DNA of 64,000 nucleotides, taken from contig OZ024747.1 of assembly GCA_964016885.1 (NCBI GenBank), positions 41,602,001 to 41,666,000 of the forward strand, given 5' to 3'. This document shows positions 24,612 through 37,600 of the stretch, piece by piece. The notes beneath the pieces were generated by a model. It saw only the letters and a list, made by a program, of their open reading frames with translations, was not told the DNA's origin and did no database searches. The stretch's first letter is position 1, and every line of letters begins with the position of its first letter. The position numbers and the translations under genes are program-made. The stretch is from Eledone cirrhosa. Its lineage: Eukaryota.

Positions 24612-25005
24612 CCCTTTAGCATTCAAACTGGCTGTAACTGGCCGCTCATACTGATGTTAAGGTATTGTTCTCAAAATAAATGACATCAAAATCTCATTGA
24701 TTCGATATTATGTGAGATAAAACCTTTACTGTGAAAATATAATAGTATATATGTTGTTGTTGTTGTTACAGCTCACACCTATGCAGGTTCAGCTGGCCTC
24801 CTCCAAGGTATATCTCATTGGAGGTGTCTAGGGTGATTTAATGATAGGGACCCCAGTCCCTATCATCTCATTTCTACAGCTGAGTAAACTGGAGCAATGT
24901 GAAATAAAGTGTCTTGTTCAAGGAAACAACACATCACCCAGTCTGACAATTGAACTCACAACCCACAAATAGTATATATAGAGTAGTAATGTAAATGCTA
25001 ACGGG
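24612..25005. mobile_element. TTAA-flanked (piggyBac-like) MITE containing a SINE
   Basis: TTAA-CCCTTTAGCATT ... AATGCTAACGGG-TTAA. Confidence 0.85.
24753..24967 (-). mobile_element. 5'-truncated family-B-related SINE with a 12-bp TSD
   Basis: AATAGTATATAT at 24741-24752 and 24968-24979. Minus strand has GTGAGTTCAATT..CCTTGAACAAGACACTTTATTTCACATTGCTCCAG and an (AAC)n tail. Confidence 0.85.
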
Positions 25006-25211
25006 TTAAGTACATAATAGAACTACCTGGATGAGAAACCCTTGAGCAATAGCTCAATGGTTAAATATTAGTCTTATCATTAATTGCTTCAACTCCATAT
25101 CACTTTCTATGATTGTTGGTTGATTTATCAACAAATGATAGAAATTGTTTAATTATAGAGGAGATAATGTTTTCATTACGTATATTTATTTTTATTTATT
25201 TATTTTATATA

Positions 25212-25370
25212 ATAATTGTTTCTACTTTTGGCACAAGGCCAGCAATTATCCCAGTACATTACTGGTACTTTATTTTATCGACCCCGTAAGGATGAAAGGC
25301 AAAGTTAACCTCGGCGGGATTTTAACTCGGATCATAAAGGGGCGTAACTATGCTGGAAAGCATGTCCGAT
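25212..25370 (-). mobile_element. tRNA-derived SINE (family A)
   Basis: Reverse complement of 2795-2946 with high similarity. Confidence 0.88.
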
Positions 25371-25804
25371 ATAATAATCTTTTCCTGAGATAATATAAAT
25401 AGATTGTCATAAGAACATTTAACAGTTTAATATTTAAAGAAACATTATAAGTTCATGGCAAATAATGTTTGACATTGCCACATCCATATACTGTAGGATA
25501 TATATTTCAGTTACGATATTATTTCTAGGATACATAAAAATAATTTAGCAGTATCGAATAAACACAAAACACACTATTAAAAGGAAGAAAAAATAAAATG
25601 GAAAAGAAAAAAAGGATCAAGCAACCAAAGAAAGGGAGAAGGGGAGAAACAAACACTATACCCCAGCAACAGTTGTGTTGTTTGTTTCAACCTGAAACCA
25701 TAAAACTGTTTGACAAAACTTATCGTCTATTAGTAGTTTTTTAATTTTATATATGTGTTTGTTTTGTTTGCAAGATTCTTGATTTGAAATCGTGTGTTGA
25801 AACT

Positions 25805-26180
25805 GATAATGTTATATTTGAGGATGGTCATGTTACCAGTTTTGCCAATAAAAAAATGCATGCACCATATGATTTTCACCTTTTCACTTTATCTTTATTA
25901 CTAGTTATTAGTTAGTTTTTCAAAGTTTTTTTTTTTATCACACATATTGTGACCTCCTCAATGACTATCTGTTACTCCATTTTGTCAAAACAAAAGACAA
26001 GATGGAGTAACAGATTAAAACCAGAAAGATGAGGAGGCACAAAAGAGAACAGATAGTTATTGAGGTCACAGAATGTGACAAAAGAACTTTGATGAACTAA
26101 CCAGTAATAAGTGAATATCATATGGTGTGTGTTTTTTACTTGCAATACTGGCAACGTGACCATCCCCAAATAACAATATC
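25805..26180. repeat. Inverted repeat pair (arms of about 72 bp), probable foldback element
   Basis: 25805-25879 (GATAATG..GGATGGTCATGTTACCAG..CACCATATGATTTTCAC) is the reverse complement of 26111-26180. Confidence 0.78.
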
Positions 26181-27164
26181 TAAATAGTATCTTTTATTTA
26201 TCTATTTATTTTTGCCTGAATGGTTACCTTAGTTATGAAATATTGACCATTGGTCAGTCAGTGACTTGAGTAAATTATCTTTTTAAATGAAATAAATGTA
26301 AGATAAACTTGTATAATTTTGTAAGGCAATGTTGACCCTTATGGATATACTGCAAATATAATTCAGCATGTTACTGTATCGCTACAAATCAATAATGTAT
26401 GAGCTTAGTTGGTAAAATTCATACAATGTTAGTAGAGGAAAATAATTATATGTGTGGGGCAGGGGGGATTAGATAGATAAATAGGTCAGTTCTTCAGTTT
26501 GGGTAGGAATGTACTAAAATCTACTTTTGAAAAGATAGTATTGACAGATGAAGATAAATAAAAATGGCTTTATTTAATAATAAAATTATAGAGATGAACA
26601 ACTAACCAATTAATTAATTTTTCAACTTGATAGTACTTTATGTTTGTGTGTGTCTAGAGAGAGACGGTGGGGGATAATTATCAGGTGTTTAACAAATAAT
26701 TTATTCTTTATAAGATACAATGTAAAATATAATATTTAGTAAACTGCCTATAAAGTTGAGGATTTTTATATTAACTAAAATGTTTTTATTTTTGTTTTGT
26801 TTTTTATTATTTAAACACTTCTATTTTTTATTTAATAGATTTGTTAATTTAAGTTTCTCACTACACAACTACTATATATACTTGTAACATTGCACTTTTT
26901 TATTTAAAAAAAAAGCTGGAAAATCAGGTGCAATTTATCTATTGGACTTTGCTCAAGGCTTGAAATTCACAGCACGCACGCACACATATATGTTGGTGAC
27001 ACACACACTCACACAAATATATGTTGGTGACACTCTCACACGCACACAAATATATGTTGGTGACATCTCTTGCAAAAACAAAAACTACTTCCATGTGTGA
27101 AATATATATACATAGTGTTCGATCAACCTGCTGAAATTTTAATGTTCATCAGATGTTATATATA

Positions 27165-27285
27165 TAGGATGGCACAAAAGTCACACACCACCCTAATCAC
27201 GAGAGATGATAATCTTTTATTTTATTTAGATAACATTCATTATCCCAAAATTATTTTACTGGTGCATGACTTTTGTGCCACCCTG
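27165..27285. mobile_element. 121-bp Tc1/mariner-type MITE
   Basis: TA-flanked TIRs TAGGATGGCACAAAAGTCACACACCA / TGGTGCATGACTTTTGTGCCACCCTG. Confidence 0.82.
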
Positions 27286-27502
27286 TATATTGTCATTGAG
27301 TTAGGAATAACGATCTAAAAAAAGCAGTTAATCTGTCATTTTGGGCTTGAAAATACATTTCTATAATATCTATAGTTGCAGGACTTTGCTAAACTGTTTG
27401 GTGTCCTAGTAATACTGACTCATGAAGTTTTGTTCAACAATTATCAGACAAATCCATCTGTCAGCTGAGTTCCTCGGGAAAATCACTATTGGTTTCATTT
27501 AA

Positions 27503-27680
27503 CTCTTTAGCATTTATATTATTCTATATTCACGGTAAAGGCTTTATCTCAGATAATATCAAATCTATGAGATTTTGATATTTATTTTGAGAACAATACC
27601 TTAACATCAGTATGAGCAGCCAGTTTGAACAGAAAGAGGTGAGAGAATTCTGGCTGGATATGGCTGATTTAAATGCTAAA
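27503..27680. mobile_element. Second copy, in opposite orientation, of the 24612-25005 MITE
   Basis: TTAA-CTCTTTAGCATTT..AAATGCTAAA; TTTATTTTGAGAACAATACCTTAACATCAGTATGAGC is the reverse complement of about 24645-24680. Confidence 0.78.
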
Positions 27681-27768
27681 ACATAAATCAAAAAGTGCAC
27701 AGGAAGTTTTCCTCTCTATCGTGGCTGTAGTTCAAGAGGAAACCTGGAGTTACTACAGCCAGCAAAAT

Positions 27769-28215
27769 GGTTGACTCTCTGTCTTTGGAAGCTGTTCTAC
27801 TACTGTCTGTTAGTTTGTATTGTCAGCAGTTATATAGGCTGTGGTTGACTCTCTGTCTTTGGAAGCTGTTCTACTACTGTCTGTTAGTTTGTATTGTCAG
27901 CAGTTATATAGGCTGTGGTTGACTCTCTGTCTTTGGAAGCTGTTCTACTACTGTCTGTTAGTTTGTATTGCCAGTAGTTATATAGGCTGTGGTTGACTCT
28001 CTGTCTTTGGAAGCTGTTCTACTACTGTCTGTTAGTTTGTATTGTCAGCAGTTATATAGGCTGTGGTTGACTCTCTGTCTTTGGAAGCTATTCTACTACT
28101 GTCTGTTAGTTTGTATTGTCAGCAGTTATATAGGCTGTGGTTGACTCTCTGTCTTTGGAAGCTATTCTACTACTGTCTGTTAGTTTGTATTGTCAGCAGT
28201 TATATAGGCTGTGGT
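27769..28215. repeat. 74-bp minisatellite, 6 near-identical copies
   Basis: Unit GGTTGACTCTCTGTCTTTGGAAGCTGTTCTACTACTGTCTGTTAGTTTGTATTGTCAGCAGTTATATAGGCTGT starts at 27769, 27843, 27917, 27991, 28065 and 28139. Confidence 0.97.
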
Positions 28216-28601
28216 CGTTTTTGAAAGAGTGCAAAGTTATGTTGGTTTGGGTACAAAACTGTGAGAAATTACAGAGAAGATAGAAAATATGGCAACAAGT
28301 GAAAATAAGGTGAGAAGCAGGAACATTTGCTAGAGTTGTCCTCTTCTAGATTTCTGGAAAGCAATCATAATAGTTTGCAAATGAAGAGGATGTTGATTTG
28401 GCCGAAAAATCAAAAACGTTTCTTGGAGAAGAATGTGAGAAATGAAATGATTGAAGGCCGGTATATTCATTGCAATTATTGAGTGTAGAGATCTTATGAG
28501 TTGGAGAAAACAGAGAAGGATGATTCACTACACATGTAAACCACCCACACATTTTTTAATTAATTGAAATAGTGTATTTTATTAGAAATATGGTCATGTT
28601 T

Positions 28602-31600
28602 CTGTAAAGTGGTAGTGTTGGTGCCACAATGAAAAACACCCAGTCCACCCTGTAAGGTGGTAGTGTTGGTGCCACAATGAAAAACCCCAGTCCGCCCTAT
28701 AAGGTGGTAGTGTTGGTGCCACAACGAAAAACCCCCAGTCAACTCTGTAGCTGGTAGTGTTAGTGCCACAATGTAAAACACCCAGTCCACCCTGTAAGGT
28801 GGTAGTGTTGGTGCCACAATGAAAAACCCCCAGTCCACCCTGTAAGGTGGTAGTGTTGGTGCCACAATGAAAAACCCCCAGTCCACCCTGTAAGGTGGTA
28901 GTGTTGGTGCCACAATGAAAAACCCCCAGTCCACCCTGTAAGGTGGTAGTGTTGGTGCCACAGTGAAAAACCCCCAGTCAACTCTGTAGCTGGTAGTGTT
29001 GGTGCCACAATGTAAAACACCCAGTCCACCCTGTAAGGTGGTAGTGTTGGTGCCACAATGAAACACCCCCAGTCCACCCTGTAAGGTGGTAGTGTTGGTG
29101 CCACAATGAAAAACCCCCAGTCCACCCTGTAAGGTGGTAGTGTTGGTGCCACAACGAAAAAACCCCAGTCAACTCTGTAGCTGGTAGTGTTGGTACCACA
29201 ATGTAAAACACCCAGTCCACCCTGTGAGGTGGTAGTGTTGGTGCCACAATGAAAAACCCCCAGTCCACCCTGTAAGGTGGTAGTGTTGGTGCCACAATGA
29301 AAAACCCCCAGTCCACCCTGTAAGGTGGTAGTGTTGGTACCACAATGAAAAACCCCCAGTCCACCCTGTAAGGTGGTAGTGTTGGTGCCACAATGAAAAA
29401 CCCCCAGTCCACCCTGTAAGGTGGTAGTGTTGGTACCACAATGAAAAACACTCAGTCCACCCTGTAAGGTGGTAGTGTTGGTGCCACAATGAAAAACACT
29501 CAGTCCACCCTGTAAGGTGGTAGTGTTAGTGCCACAATGAAAAACCCCCAGTCCACCCTGTAAGGTGGTAGTGTTGGTGCCACAATGAAAAACACTCAGT
29601 CCACCCTGTAAGGTGGTAGTGTTGGTACCACAATGAAAAACAGCCAGTCCACCCTGTAAGGTGGTAGTGTTGGTGCCACAATGAAAAACAGCCAGTCCAC
29701 CCTGTAAGGTGGTAGTGTTGGTGCCACAATGAAAAACAGCCAGTCCACCCTGTAAGGTGGTAGTGTTGGTGCCACAATGAAAAACAGCCAGTCCACCCTT
29801 TAAGGTGGTAGTGTTGGTGCCACAATGAAAAACAGCCAGTCCACCCTTTAAGGTGGTAGTGTTGGTGCCACAATGAAAAACAGCCAGTCCACCCTTTAAG
29901 GTGGTAGTGTTGGTGCCACAATGAAAAACCCCCAGTCCACCCTGTAAGGTGGTAGTGTTGGTACCACAATGAAAAACCCCCAGTCCACCCTGTAAGGTGG
30001 TAGTGCTGGTACCACAATGAAAAACAGCCAGTCAACCCTGTAAGGTGGTAGTGTTGGTGCCACAACGAAAAACACCCAGTCCACCCTGTAAGGTGGTAGT
30101 GTTGGTGCCACAACGAAAAACACCCAGTCCACCCTGTAAGGTGGTAGTGTTGGTGCCACAACGAAAAACCCCCAGTCCACCCTGTAAGGTGGTAGTGTTG
30201 GTACCACAACGAAAAACAGCCAGTCCACCCTGTAAGGTGGTAGTGTTGGTGCCACAATGAAAAAACCCCAGTCCACCCTGTAAGGTGGTAGTGTTGGTGC
30301 CACAACGAAAAATACCCAGTCAACTCTGTAGCTGGTAGTGTTGGTGCCACAATGAAAAACACCCAGTCCACCCTGTAAGGTGGTAGTGTTGGTGCCACAA
30401 CGAAAAACAGCCAGTCCACCCTGTAAGGTGGTAGTGTTGGTGCCACAACGAAAAACAGCCAGTCCACCCTGTAAGGTGGTAGTGTTGGTACCACAATGAA
30501 AAACAGCCAGTCCACCCTGTAAGGTGGTAGTGTTGGTGCCACAATGAAAAACCCCCAGTCCACCCTGTAAGGTGGTAGTGTTGGTACCACAATGAAAAAC
30601 ACTCAGTCCACCCTGTAAGGTGGTAGTGTTGGTACCACAATGAAAAACACTCAGTCCACCCTGTAAGGAGGTAGTGTTGGTGCCACAATGAAGAACAGCC
30701 AGTCCACCCTGTAAGGTGGTAGTGTTGGTACCACAATGAAAAACAGCCAGTCCACCCTGTAAGGTGGTAGTGTTGGTGCCACAATGAAAAACACTCAGTC
30801 CACCCTGTAAGGTGGTAGTGTTGGTGCCACAATGAAAAACAGCCAGTCCACCCTGTAAGGTGGTAGTGTTGGTGCCACAATGAAAAACAGCCAGTCCACC
30901 CTGTCAGGTGGTAGTGTTGGTGCCACAATGAAAAACAGCCAGTCCACCCTTTAAGGTGGTAGTGTTGGTGCCACAATGAAAAACAGCCAGTCCACCCTTT
31001 AAGGTGGTAGTGTTGGTGCCACAATGAAAAACCCCCAGTCCACCCTGTAAGGTGGTAGTGTTGGTACCACAATGAAAAACCCCCAGTCCACCCTGTAAGG
31101 TGGTAGTGCTGGTACCACAATGAAAAACAGCCAGTCAACCCTGTAAGGTGGTAGTGTTGGTGCCACAATGAAAAACAGCCAGTCCACCCTGTAAGGTGGT
31201 AGTGTTGGTGCCACAACGAAAAACACCCAGTCCACCCTGTAAGGTGGTAGTGTTGGTGCCACAACGAAAAACACCCAGTCCACCCTGTAAGGTGGTAGTG
31301 TTGGTGCCACAACGAAAAACCCCCAGTCCACCCTGTAAGGTGGTAGTGTTGGTGCCACAACGAAAAACAGCCAGTCCACCCTGTAAGGTGGTAGTGTTGG
31401 TGCCACAATGAAAAACCCCCAGTCCACCCTGTAAGGTGGTAGTGTTGGTGCCACAACGAAAAATACCCAGTCAACTCTGTAGCTGGTAGTGTTGGTGCCA
31501 CAATGAAAAACACCCAGTCCACCCTGTAAGGTGGTAGTGTTGGTGCCACAACGAAAAACAGCCAGTCCACCCTGTAAGGTGGTAGTGTTGGTGCCACAAC

Positions 31601-34600
31601 GAAAAACAGCCAGTCCACCCTGTAAGGTGGTAGTGTTGGTACCACAATGAAAAACAGCCAGTCCACCCTGTAAGGTGGTAGTGTTGGTGCCACAATGAAA
31701 AACCCCCAGTCCACCCTGTAAGGTGGTAGTGTTGGTACCACAATGAAAAACACTCAGTCCACCCTGTAAGGTGGTAGTGTTGGTACCACAATGAAAAACA
31801 CTCAGTCCACCCTGTAAGGTGGTAGTGTTGGTGCCACAATGAAGAACAGCCAGTCCACCCTGTAAGGTGGTAGTGTTGGTACCACAATGAAAAACAGCCA
31901 GTCCACCCTGTAAGGTGGTAGTGTTGGTGCCACAATGTAAAACACCCAGTCCACCCTGTAAGGTGGTAGTGTTGGTGCCACAATGAAAAACCCCCAGTCC
32001 ACCCTGTAAGGTGGTAGTGTTGGTGCCACAATGAAAAACCCCCAGTCCACCCTGTAAGGTGGTAGTGTTGGTGCCACAACGAAAAAAACCCAGTCAACTC
32101 TGTAGCTGGTAGTGTTAGTGCCACAATGTAAAACACCCAGTCCACCCTGTAAGGTGGTAGTGTTGGTGCCACAATGAAAAACCCCCAGTCCACCCTGTAA
32201 GGTGGTAGTGTTGGTGCCACAATGAAAAACCCCCAGTCCACCCTGTAAGGTGGTAGTGTTGGTACCACAATGAAAAACACTCAGTCCACCCTGTAAGGTG
32301 GTAGTGTTGGTGCCACAATGAAAAACCCCCAGTCCACCCTGTAAGGTGGTAGTGTTGGTGCCACAATGAAAAACCCCCAGTCCACCCTGTAAGGTGGTAG
32401 TGTTGGTACCACAATGAAAAACACTCAGTCCACCCTGTAAGGTGGTAGTGTTGGTACCACAATGAAAAACACTCAGTCCACCCTGTAAGGTGGTAGTGTT
32501 GGTGCCACAATGAAAAACCCCCAGTCCACCCTGTAAGGTGGTAGTGTTGGTGCCACAATGAAAAACACTCAGTCCACCCTGTAAGGTGGTAGTGTTGGTA
32601 CCACAATGAAAAACACTCAGTCCACCCTGTAAGGTGGTAGTGTTGGTACCACAATGAAAAACACTCAGTCCACCCTGTAAGGTGGTAGTGTTGGTGCCAC
32701 AATGAAAAACCCCCAGTCCACCCTGTAAGGTGGTAGTGTTGGTACCACAATGAAAAACACTGTCCACCCTGTAAAGTGGTAGTGTTGGTGCCACAATGAA
32801 AAACACTCAGTCCACCCTGTAAGGTGGTAGTGTTGGTGCCACAATGAAAAACCCCCAGTCCACCCTGTAAGGTGGTAGTGTTGGTGCCACAATGAAAAAC
32901 GGCCAGTCCACCCTGTAAGGTGGTAGTGTTGGTGCCACAATGAAAAACAGCCAGTCCACCCTGTAAGGTGGTAGTGTTGGTGCCACAATGAAAAACAGCC
33001 AGTCCACCCTGTAAGGTGGTAGTGTTGGTGCCACAATGAAAAACAGCCAGTCCACCCTGTAAGGTGGTAGTGTTGGTACCACAATGAAAAACAGCCAGTC
33101 CACCCTGTAAGGTGGTAGTGTTGGTACCACAATGAAAAACCCCCAGTCCACCCTGTAAGGTGGTAGTGCTGGTACCACAATGAAAAACAGCCAGTCAACC
33201 CTGTAAGGTGGTAGTGTTGGTGCCACAATGTAAAACAGCCAGTCCACCCTGTAAGGTGGTAGTGTTGGTGCCACAATGAAAAACAGCCAGTCCACCCTGT
33301 AAGGTGGTAGTGTTGGTACCACAATGAAAAACAGCCAGTCCACCCTGTAAGGTGGTAGTGTTGGTTCCACAATGTAAAACACCCAGTCCACCCTGTAAGG
33401 TGGTAGTGTTGGTACCACAATGAAAAACAGCCAGTCAACCCTGTAAGGTGGTAGTGTTAGTGCCACAATGAAAAACAGCCAGCCCACCCTGTAAGGTGGT
33501 AGTGTTGGTACCACAATGAAAAACCCCCAGTCCACCCTGTAAGGTGGTAGTGTTGGTGCCACAACGAAAAACACCCAGTCAACTCTGTAGCTGGTAGTGT
33601 TGGTGCCACAATGTAAAACACCCAGTCCACCCTGTAAGGTGGTAGTGTTGGTACCACAATGAAAAACAGCCAGTCAACCCTGTAAGGTGGTAGTGTTGGT
33701 GCCACAATGAAAAACAGCCAGTACACCCTGTAAGGTGGTAGGGTTGGTACCTCAATGAAAAACAGCCAGTCCACCCTGTAAGGTGGTAGTGTTGGTGCCA
33801 CAATGTAAAACACCCAGTCCACCCTGTAAGGTGGTAGTGTTGGTACCACAATGAAAAACAGCCAGTCCACCCTGTAAAGTGGTAGTGTTGGTGCCACAAT
33901 GAAAAACACTCAGTCCACCCTGTAAGGTGGTAGTGTTGGTACCACAATGAAAAACAGCCAGTCCACCCTGTAAGGTGGTAGTGTTGGTGCCACAATGAAA
34001 AACACTCAGTCCACCCTGTAAGGTGGTAGTGTTGGTGCCACAATGAAAAACCCCCAGTCCACCCTGTAAGGTGGTAGTGTTGGTGCCACAATGAAAAACG
34101 GCCAGTCCACCCTGTAAGGTGGTAGTGTTGGTGCCACAATGAAAAACAGCCAGCCCACCCTGTAAGGTGGTAGTGTTGGTGCCACAATGAAAAACAGCCA
34201 GTCCACCCTGTAAGGTGGTAGTGTTGGTGCCACAATGAAAAACAGCCAGTCCACCCTGTAAGGTGGTAGTGTTGGTACCACAATGAAAAACAGCCAGTCC
34301 ACCCTGTAAGGTGGTAGTGTTGGTACCACAATGAAAAACCCCCAGTCCACCCTGTAAGGTGGTAGTGTTGGTGCCACAACGAAAAACACCCAGTCAACTC
34401 TGTAGCTGGTAGTGTTGGTGCCACAATGTAAAACACCCAGTCCACCCTGTAAGGTGGTAGTGTTGGTACCACAATGAAAAACAGCCAGTCAACCCTGTAA
34501 GGTGGTAGTGTTGGTGCCACAATGAAAAACAGCCAGTACACCCTGTAAGGTGGTAGGGTTGGTACCTCAATGAAAAACAGCCAGTCCACCCTGTAAGGTG

Positions 34601-37600
34601 GTAGTGTTGGTGCCACAATGTAAAACACCCAGTCCACCCTGTAAGGTGGTAGTGTTGGTGCCACAATGAAAAACCCCCAGTCCACCCTGTAAGGTGGTAG
34701 TGTTGGTGCCACAATGAAAAACCCCCAGTCCACCCTGTAAGGTGGTAGTGTTGGTGCCACAACAAAAAAACCCCAGTCAACTCTGTAGCTGGTAGTGTTA
34801 GTGCCACAATGTAAAACACCCAGTCCACCCTGTAAGGTGGTAGTGTTGGTGCCACAATGAAAAACCCCCAGTCCACCCTGTAAGGTGGTAGTGTTGGTGC
34901 CACAATGAAAAACCCCCAGTCCACCCTGTAAGGTGGTAGTGTTGGTACCACAATGAAAAACACTCAGTCCACCCTGTAAGGTGGTAGTGTTGGTGCCACA
35001 ATGAAAAACCCCCAGTCCACCCTGTAAGGTGGTAGTGTTGGTGCCACAATGAAAAACCCCCAGTCCACCCTGTAAGGTGGTAGTGTTGGTACCACAATGA
35101 AAAACACTCAGTCCACCCTGTAAGGTGGTAGTGTTGGTACCACAATGAAAAACACTCAGTCCACCCTGTAAGGTGGTAGTGTTGGTGCCACAATGAAAAA
35201 CCCCCAGTCCACCCTGTAAGGTCGTAGTGTTGGTACCACAATGAAAATCACTGTCCACCCTGTAAGGTGGTAGTGTTGGTACCACAATGAAAAACAGCCA
35301 GTCCACCCTGTAAGGTGGTAGTGTTGGTGCCACAATGAAAAACACTCAGTCCACCCTGTAAGGTGGTAGTGTTGGTGCCACAATGAAAAACCCCCAGTCC
35401 ACCCTGTAAGGTGGTAGTGTTGGTACCACAATGAAAAACACTGTCCACCCTGTAAAGTGGTAGTGTTGGTGCCACAATGAAAAACACTCAGTCCACCCTG
35501 TAAGGTGGTAGTGTTGGTACCACAATGAAAAACAGCCAGTCCACCCTGTAAGGTGGTAGTGTTGGTGCCACAATGAAAAACACTCAGTCCACCCTGTAAG
35601 GTGGTAGTGTTGGTGCCACAATGAAAAACCCCCAGTCCACCCTGTAAGGTGGTAGTGTTGGTGCCACAATGAAAAACGGCCAGTCCACCCTGTAAGGTGG
35701 TAGTGTTGGTGCCACAATGAAAAACAGCCAGTCCACCCTGTAAGGTGGTAGTGTTGGTGCCACAATGAAAAACAGCCAGTCCACCCTGTAAGGTGGTAGT
35801 GTTGGTGCCACAATGAAAAACAGCCAGTCCACCCTGTAAGGTGGTAGTGTTGGTACCACAATGAAAAACAGCCAGTCCACCCTGTAAGGTGGTAGTGTTG
35901 GTACCACAATGAAAAACCCCCAGTCCACCCTGTAAGGTGGTAGTGCTGGTACCACAATGAAAAACAGCCAGTCAACCCTGTAAGGTGGTAGTGTTGGTGC
36001 CACAATGTAAAACAGCCAGTCCACCCTGTAAGGTGGTAGTGTTGGTGCCACAATGAAAAACAGCCAGTCCACCCTGTAAGGTGGTAGTGTTGGTACCACA
36101 ATGAAAAACAGCCAGTCCACCCTGTAAGGTGGTAGTGTTGGTTCCACAATGTAAAACACCCAGTCCACCCTGTAAGGTGGTAGTGTTGGTACCACAATGA
36201 AAAACAGCCAGTCAACCCTGTAAGGTGGTAGTGTTAGTGCCACAATGAAAAACAGCCAGCCCACCCTGTAAGGTGGTAGTGTTGGTACCACAATGAAAAA
36301 CCCCCAGTCCACCCTGTAAGGTGGTAGTGTTGGTGCCACAACGAAAAACACCCAGTCAACTCTGTAGCTGGTAGTGTTGGTGCCACAATGTAAAACACCC
36401 AGTCCACCCTGTAAGGTGGTAGTGTTGGTACCACAATGAAAAACAGCCAGTCAACCCTGTAAGGTGGTAGTGTTGGTGCCACAATGAAAAACAGCCAGTA
36501 CACCCTGTAAGGTGGTAGGGTTGGTACCTCAATGAAAAACAGCCAGTCCACCCTGTAAGGTGGTAGTGTTGGTGCCACAATGTAAAACACCCAGTCCACC
36601 CTGTAAGGTGGTAGTGTTGGTACCACAATGAAAAACAGCCAGTCCACCCTGTAAAGTGGTAGTGTTGGTGCCACAATGAAAAACACTCAGTCCACCCTGT
36701 AAGGTGGTAGTGTTGGTACCACAATGAAAAACAGCCAGTCCACCCTGTAAGGTGGTAGTGTTGGTGCCACAATGAAAAACACTCAGTCCACCCTGTAAGG
36801 TGGTAGTGTTGGTGCCACAATGAAAAACCCCCAGTCCACCCTGTAAGGTGGTAGTGTTGGTGCCACAATGAAAAACGGCCAGTCCACCCTGTAAGGTGGT
36901 AGTGTTGGTGCCACAATGAAAAACAGCCAGCCCACCCTGTAAGGTGGTAGTGTTGGTGCCACAATGAAAAACAGCCAGTCCACCCTGTAAGGTGGTAGTG
37001 TTGGTGCCACAATGAAAAACAGCCAGTCCACCCTGTAAGGTGGTAGTGTTGGTACCACAATGAAAAACAGCCAGTCCACCCTGTAAGGTGGTAGTGTTGG
37101 TACCACAATGAAAAACCCCCAGTCCACCCTGTAAGGTGGTAGTGTTGGTGCCACAACGAAAAACACCCAGTCAACTCTGTAGCTGGTAGTGTTGGTGCCA
37201 CAATGTAAAACACCCAGTCCACCCTGTAAGGTGGTAGTGTTGGTACCACAATGAAAAACAGCCAGTCAACCCTGTAAGGTGGTAGTGTTGGTGCCACAAT
37301 GAAAAACAGCCAGTACACCCTGTAAGGTGGTAGGGTTGGTACCTCAATGAAAAACAGCCAGTCCACCCTGTAAGGTGGTAGTGTTGGTGCCACAATGTAA
37401 AACACCCAGTCCACCCTGTAAGGTGGTAGTGTTGGTGCCACAATGAAAAACCCCCAGTCCACCCTGTAAGGTGGTAGTGTTGGTGCCACAATGAAAAACC
37501 CCCAGTCCACCCTGTAAGGTGGTAGTGTTGGTGCCACAACAAAAAAACCCCAGTCAACTCTGTAGCTGGTAGTGTTAGTGCCACAATGTAAAACACCCAG

